From the IMG/VR virus record IMGVR_UViG_3300032287_001394: a stretch of DNA of 64,000 bases; one strand, 5' to 3'. Below, piece by piece: positions 60,554 to 64,000 of the stretch. The position numbers and the translations under genes are program-made. The notes under the pieces were generated by a model that was not told where the DNA came from, ran no database searches, and saw only the letters and a list, made by a program, of their open reading frames with translations. The stretch is from a virus. Each line of letters opens with the position of its first letter. Positions within the stretch are counted from its first letter, which is position 1.

Positions 60554-60877
60554 ATGGCAATCTCATTAACTGTTAAAGCTGCTGAACGCGTAGAAAAATA
60601 TCTTAACAATCGCGGTAAAGGCATTGGTGTGCGCTTAGGTGTTAAAACAACAGGATGTTCTGGCATGGCCTATACTCTTGAGTTTGTGGATCAAACTTTA
60701 CCTGATGATCAGATCTTTGAAAGTCATGGGATTAATATTATAATAGATCCAAAAAGTTTAGTCTATATTGATGGAACTGAACTTGACTTCGAAAAAGAAG
60801 GTTTGAACGAAGGATTTAAATTTAATAACCCTAACGTCAAAGCAGAATGTGGATGCGGCGAAAGTTTTACAGTATGA
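60554..60877 (+). CDS. iscA: A-type Fe-S carrier IscA
   Basis: [59 protein letters not shown]. Confidence 0.95.
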   Translation: MAISLTVKAAERVEKYLNNRGKGIGVRLGVKTTGCSGMAYTLEFVDQTLPDDQIFESHGINIIIDPKSLVYIDGTELDFEKEGLNEGFKFNNPNVKAECGCGESFTV

Positions 60878-60892
60878 TACATATAAAATAAT

Positions 60893-60921
60893 TTTACTTT
60901 ATACCCATCGTGTAGTACAAT
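60893..60921 (+). promoter_or_regulatory. Phage promoter TTTACT-N17-TACAAT
   Basis: Near-identical to the 62571 copy, including the spacer. Confidence 0.65.
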
Positions 60922-60949
60922 TGGTTTTATTATAGTTTAAGGATTTAAG

Positions 60950-62569
60950 ATGAAATATTGGGTTTATATGCCATTATGGAATGACGCAGATCTAGTTCGC
61001 ATAATTTTAAAACATTATGAAACTGCCGATCGCATTATATTTTATGATGCTGGTTCTACAGATGATGGTCCAGATATTGCTATAGCGGCTAGAAGAGAAG
61101 TTCGATATTTCAAAGAAACAACTCGACTAAGCGACAAAACTAATATTGAGATGAAAAATCATGCATGGAAAGAAGCAGTTGGACATGCAGATTATGTTAT
61201 TGTTAGTGACACAGACGAACTAATTTTCTTTCCTGCATATCCCAACGATATAATCGGTGCTCTAAGCATGTGGAAGGAAAATCGAGTTACACACAGTGAC
61301 GTGATCAGTTTTGCTGTGATAATGAAAGACGAAGAGATTACAGACACTCTATCACGTCTGTCGATTAATCAACAACCAACACTTTCAATACATAAAGTCT
61401 CAAGAGAAGATCCAATACTTTTATATGCTCCTGTTTCGCACAACGTTCAAGTAAGTCCTTATCTGTATGACAAATCAATTATTTTTAATCCTAATGCTAT
61501 AGCTGAAACTAACTTTCAACTTGGGCAACACGATTGGGCTCCACATTTTAAACAAAATCCTATTCAACCGCCATGGAAACCGATCATGTTACATTATCGG
61601 TATCTCGGAGAAACCCGTGAGTTTACTAGGACACAGGCTACTCGAGAACGAATTAAACATCAGTTTCCACAAAAACAAGGACTGCATTACAAGGTTACTG
61701 ATCAACAGATTAGAGATCGCATAAAATTTATATATAGTCAAGGTACTACAGTTGATTTGTTTGCAGGATTTAAAAGAGTCATAGGTTTCAAAGGAGCCAA
61801 GGATTTTCTATGTTATTGTCACGAAGAACCAGATTATATCAGTAATCAAATCACCAAAGGTCTTACATGGGAACCCACAGTTTCTGCCGCCATAGCGGCT
61901 TTGTGTGGTCCTGGAACTCTATTTGTTGATATAGGTGCTAATATTGGATTACATTCGTTTACCGCGGCTATCCGTGGAGCCAAGGTAATAGCATTTGAAT
62001 CTCACCCAAAAACCTGTAGTCTACTTAGAAAATCTGTACATGCAAATGGTTGGGCTAACAGGATTTCTGTGAGAGAGGTAGCATGTTCAGATTCGGATGG
62101 ACAATTTTTAAATTTAACCGATGATCCCCATAACATGGGTGGATCCAGTGTTGAAATCAAAGGATCTGGATCTGTGCATAAAGTAATTACGACTAGAATT
62201 GATACTCAAGACATAATATCTTCAACAGCTACTAACGTAGTGATCAAGATAGATATCGAAGGACATGAAGAATTTGCAATAAAAGGAATGACTAAAACTT
62301 TACAAGATAATAGAGTATCTGCAATAATCGTAGAATTTAATTCAATGATAAAGTCTGCACAAACATTAATGAATAATGTTTATGACAAATTAATTAATTT
62401 AGGATTTTCTGATGTTAGAATATTGTTACAACATCCACCGGATAAATGGGAAGGTTCGCCGATTCATCCTAAATTGCCAGAACGTATTCCAAACACAAAA
62501 AATATTGTCTTAAGTGCACTATCTAAAGGAGCAGTAGTAGAATTACTTTTTTTACGCAATTACAAATAA
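60950..62569 (+). CDS. GT2-like glycosyltransferase fused to FkbM-family methyltransferase
   Basis: YDAGSTD, IVSDTDE (DxD), LHYRY; second domain FVDIGANIGLHS...IAFE...KIDIEGHEE..IKGM. Confidence 0.8.
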   Translation: MKYWVYMPLWNDADLVRIILKHYETADRIIFYDAGSTDDGPDIAIAARREVRYFKETTRLSDKTNIEMKNHAWKEAVGHADYVIVSDTDELIFFPAYPNDIIGALSMWKENRVTHSDVISFAVIMKDEEITDTLSRLSINQQPTLSIHKVSREDPILLYAPVSHNVQVSPYLYDKSIIFNPNAIAETNFQLGQHDWAPHFKQNPIQPPWKPIMLHYRYLGETREFTRTQATRERIKHQFPQKQGLHYKVTDQQIRDRIKFIYSQGTTVDLFAGFKRVIGFKGAKDFLCYCHEEPDYISNQITKGLTWEPTVSAAIAALCGPGTLFVDIGANIGLHSFTAAIRGAKVIAFESHPKTCSLLRKSVHANGWANRISVREVACSDSDGQFLNLTDDPHNMGGSSVEIKGSGSVHKVITTRIDTQDIISSTATNVVIKIDIEGHEEFAIKGMTKTLQDNRVSAIIVEFNSMIKSAQTLMNNVYDKLINLGFSDVRILLQHPPDKWEGSPIHPKLPERIPNTKNIVLSALSKGAVVELLFLRNYK

Positions 62570-62570
62570 T

Positions 62571-62599
62571 TGTACTTTATACCCACTATGTAGTACAAT
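62571..62599 (+). promoter_or_regulatory. Phage promoter TGTACT-N17-TACAAT upstream of gp55
   Basis: Exact spacing; AAATAAT upstream element. Confidence 0.7.
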
Positions 62600-62629
62600 G
62601 GTCTTAATTATTAAATAAAGGTGAATTAC

Positions 62630-63196
62630 ATGGCTGAGAAAAAACCAGTCCACTACGTAAATAATGTTGACTTCTTAGAAGCAGTTAAAAAATATAAGAA
62701 GCAGTGCACAGAAGCCGAGGCATGTGGAGATCCTAAACCTCAGCTATCAAATTATCTTGGTGAGTGTATCCTTAAGATCGCTACTAAGTTAGCTAATCGC
62801 CCAAACTTCATCAACTATTCCTATAAAGATGACATGATCCTCGACGGCATCGAGAACTGTATCATGTACTTTGATAACTTCGATCCTGCAAAATCATCTA
62901 ATCCATTCAGTTACTTTACACAGATCATCTACTATGCATTCCTTCGTCGTATAGAAAAAGAAAAGAAGCAATCATACATCCGCGGTAAACTAATCAGAGA
63001 CACCACGATAGAATCTTTTGAGACACAAGGTCATGATGATGGCGATGACTTCTACAATGGCTTCATTGGGTTTATGCAACAGCATGGAACTTTTGATGAT
63101 GGATTTGAAGAGCGCCAAAAGAATAAGAAGAAGAAAAAGAAAGTTGATCCAGACACTATAACATTAGATACATTTATTGAGAATCCAAATGAGTAA
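62630..63196 (+). CDS. gp55: Late-transcription sigma factor gp55
   Basis: HYVNNVDFL, YLGECILKIA..LANRPNFINYSYKDDMILDGIENC, NPFSYFTQIIYYAFLRRI.KEKKQ. Confidence 0.95.
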   Translation: MAEKKPVHYVNNVDFLEAVKKYKKQCTEAEACGDPKPQLSNYLGECILKIATKLANRPNFINYSYKDDMILDGIENCIMYFDNFDPAKSSNPFSYFTQIIYYAFLRRIEKEKKQSYIRGKLIRDTTIESFETQGHDDGDDFYNGFIGFMQQHGTFDDGFEERQKNKKKKKKVDPDTITLDTFIENPNE

Positions 63197-64000
63197 GATA
63201 GTTATTCTTGGTGATACACACTTTGGTGTTAGAGGCGACTCGTTAAAATTCCACAAATACTATGAGAGGTTTTATGAAGAATTTTTATTCCCGTATATGG
63301 AAGAGCATAACATCAAGGGTATCTATCAGCTTGGCGATTTATTTGATCGTCGTAAGTTTGTTAACTTCAATACGCTTGCTGAATGCAAACGATACTTCTT
63401 CGATCAACTCAAAGCAAGAGGCATCCAACTAATAACTCTGCTAGGTAATCATGATATCTTTTGGAAAGAGTCATTAGAAGTCAATGCTCAGTCATTAATA
63501 TTAGGTGAGTACGATAACATTATAGTAATTGACAAACCTACTCGCATGCACGAAGATAATACAACTATAGATCTTATACCATGGATTTGTAAAGAGAATG
63601 AGAGCGATGTATTTAGTTTTATTGATAGCAGTAAATCTGACTTATGTTTAGGTCATTTTGAAATAGCAGGATTCCCAATGTATCGTGGTATGGTAGCAGA
63701 AGATGGTCTATCACACGATATGTTTAGTAAGTATGAACGTGTATTGTCTGGTCATTACCATACACGGTCTAAGCAAGAAAACATCGAGTACATCGGCACT
63801 CCATATGAGATGACGTGGCAAGATGCATCTGATCCAAAAGGATTTAGTATATTTGATACAGAGACAAGACAACTTGAATTCATCCAAAACCCTTTCACTA
63901 TACATGAAAAGATCGAGTATAATGATAAGGACGTAGAGCCAATCGATCTTACAACAATTGAAATAAAGGATAAGTACATTAAGTTGGTGGTTATAAATAA
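63189..64000 (+). CDS. gp47: Recombination endonuclease subunit gp47 (SbcD/Mre11-like), 3' truncated by window
   Basis: Translated by hand from ATG 63189: MSKIVILGDTHFGVR...QLGDLFDRRK...LGNHD...GHFE...SGHYH...YIGTPYE; missing from the ORF track because there is no stop in the window. Confidence 0.92.
   Translation, partial: MSKIVILGDTHFGVRGDSLKFHKYYERFYEEFLFPYMEEHNIKGIYQLGDLFDRRKFVNFNTLAECKRYFFDQLKARGIQLITLLGNHDIFWKESLEVNAQSLILGEYDNIIVIDKPTRMHEDNTTIDLIPWICKENESDVFSFIDSSKSDLCLGHFEIAGFPMYRGMVAEDGLSHDMFSKYERVLSGHYHTRSKQENIEYIGTPYEMTWQDASDPKGFSIFDTETRQLEFIQNPFTIHEKIEYNDKDVEPIDLTTIEIKDKYIKLVVIN

Noticed and set aside
63711-63979. Two minus-strand ORFs at the window end
   Set aside because: Antisense to the gp47 reading frame that runs off the window.
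34645-63999. TATAAATA occurrences inside CDSs (34645, ~40207, ~59090, 63992)
   Set aside because: Expected by chance in AT-rich DNA and explained by coding (e.g. GINIP in UvsW); no clearly associated downstream start.
1-64000. tRNA/rRNA genes or stop-codon reassignment
   Set aside because: No cloverleaf seen in the short intergenic gaps; core genes are full length under code 11, and TAA, TAG and TGA all serve as stops in the window.

Overview
A 64-kb AT-rich segment of a large T4-like myophage, with all credible genes on the + strand and the standard genetic code. The host is probably a beta/gamma-proteobacterium, inferred from the phage's iscU/iscA/erpA genes. Gene order: baseplate (gp6 end, gp7, gp8), a VrlC/DUF4815-type giant virion protein and tail fibres; a ~9.5-kb accessory cluster (14074-23546); more fibre and collagen-like proteins; an 11-gene glycosylation/methylation/sulfation locus (33207-42322); the neck-tail-head core (gp13-15, gp17-23, gp3); uvsY and uvsW; an inserted Fe-S biogenesis cassette (erpA-iscU-iscA) plus a glycosyltransferase/FkbM fusion; then gp55 and the start of gp47. 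The most striking element is the 14074-23546 cluster. It encodes a JmjC/cupin oxygenase, SIX radical-SAM enzymes with SPASM-like Cys tails, three unknown partner proteins and a 175-aa protein ending in (CHSx)3-RGRR. I read it as a candidate phage-encoded RiPP-like system that post-translationally modifies a virion protein, plausibly supplied with clusters by the phage's own Fe-S genes. Secondary signals are a GATG/GASG motif spread across structural proteins next to the glycosylation locus, a conserved TGTACT-N17-TAYAAT promoter family that marks insertion boundaries, and a truncated gene duplicate at the right edge of the radical-SAM cluster. Family assignments come from motif recognition only; no database searches were run.
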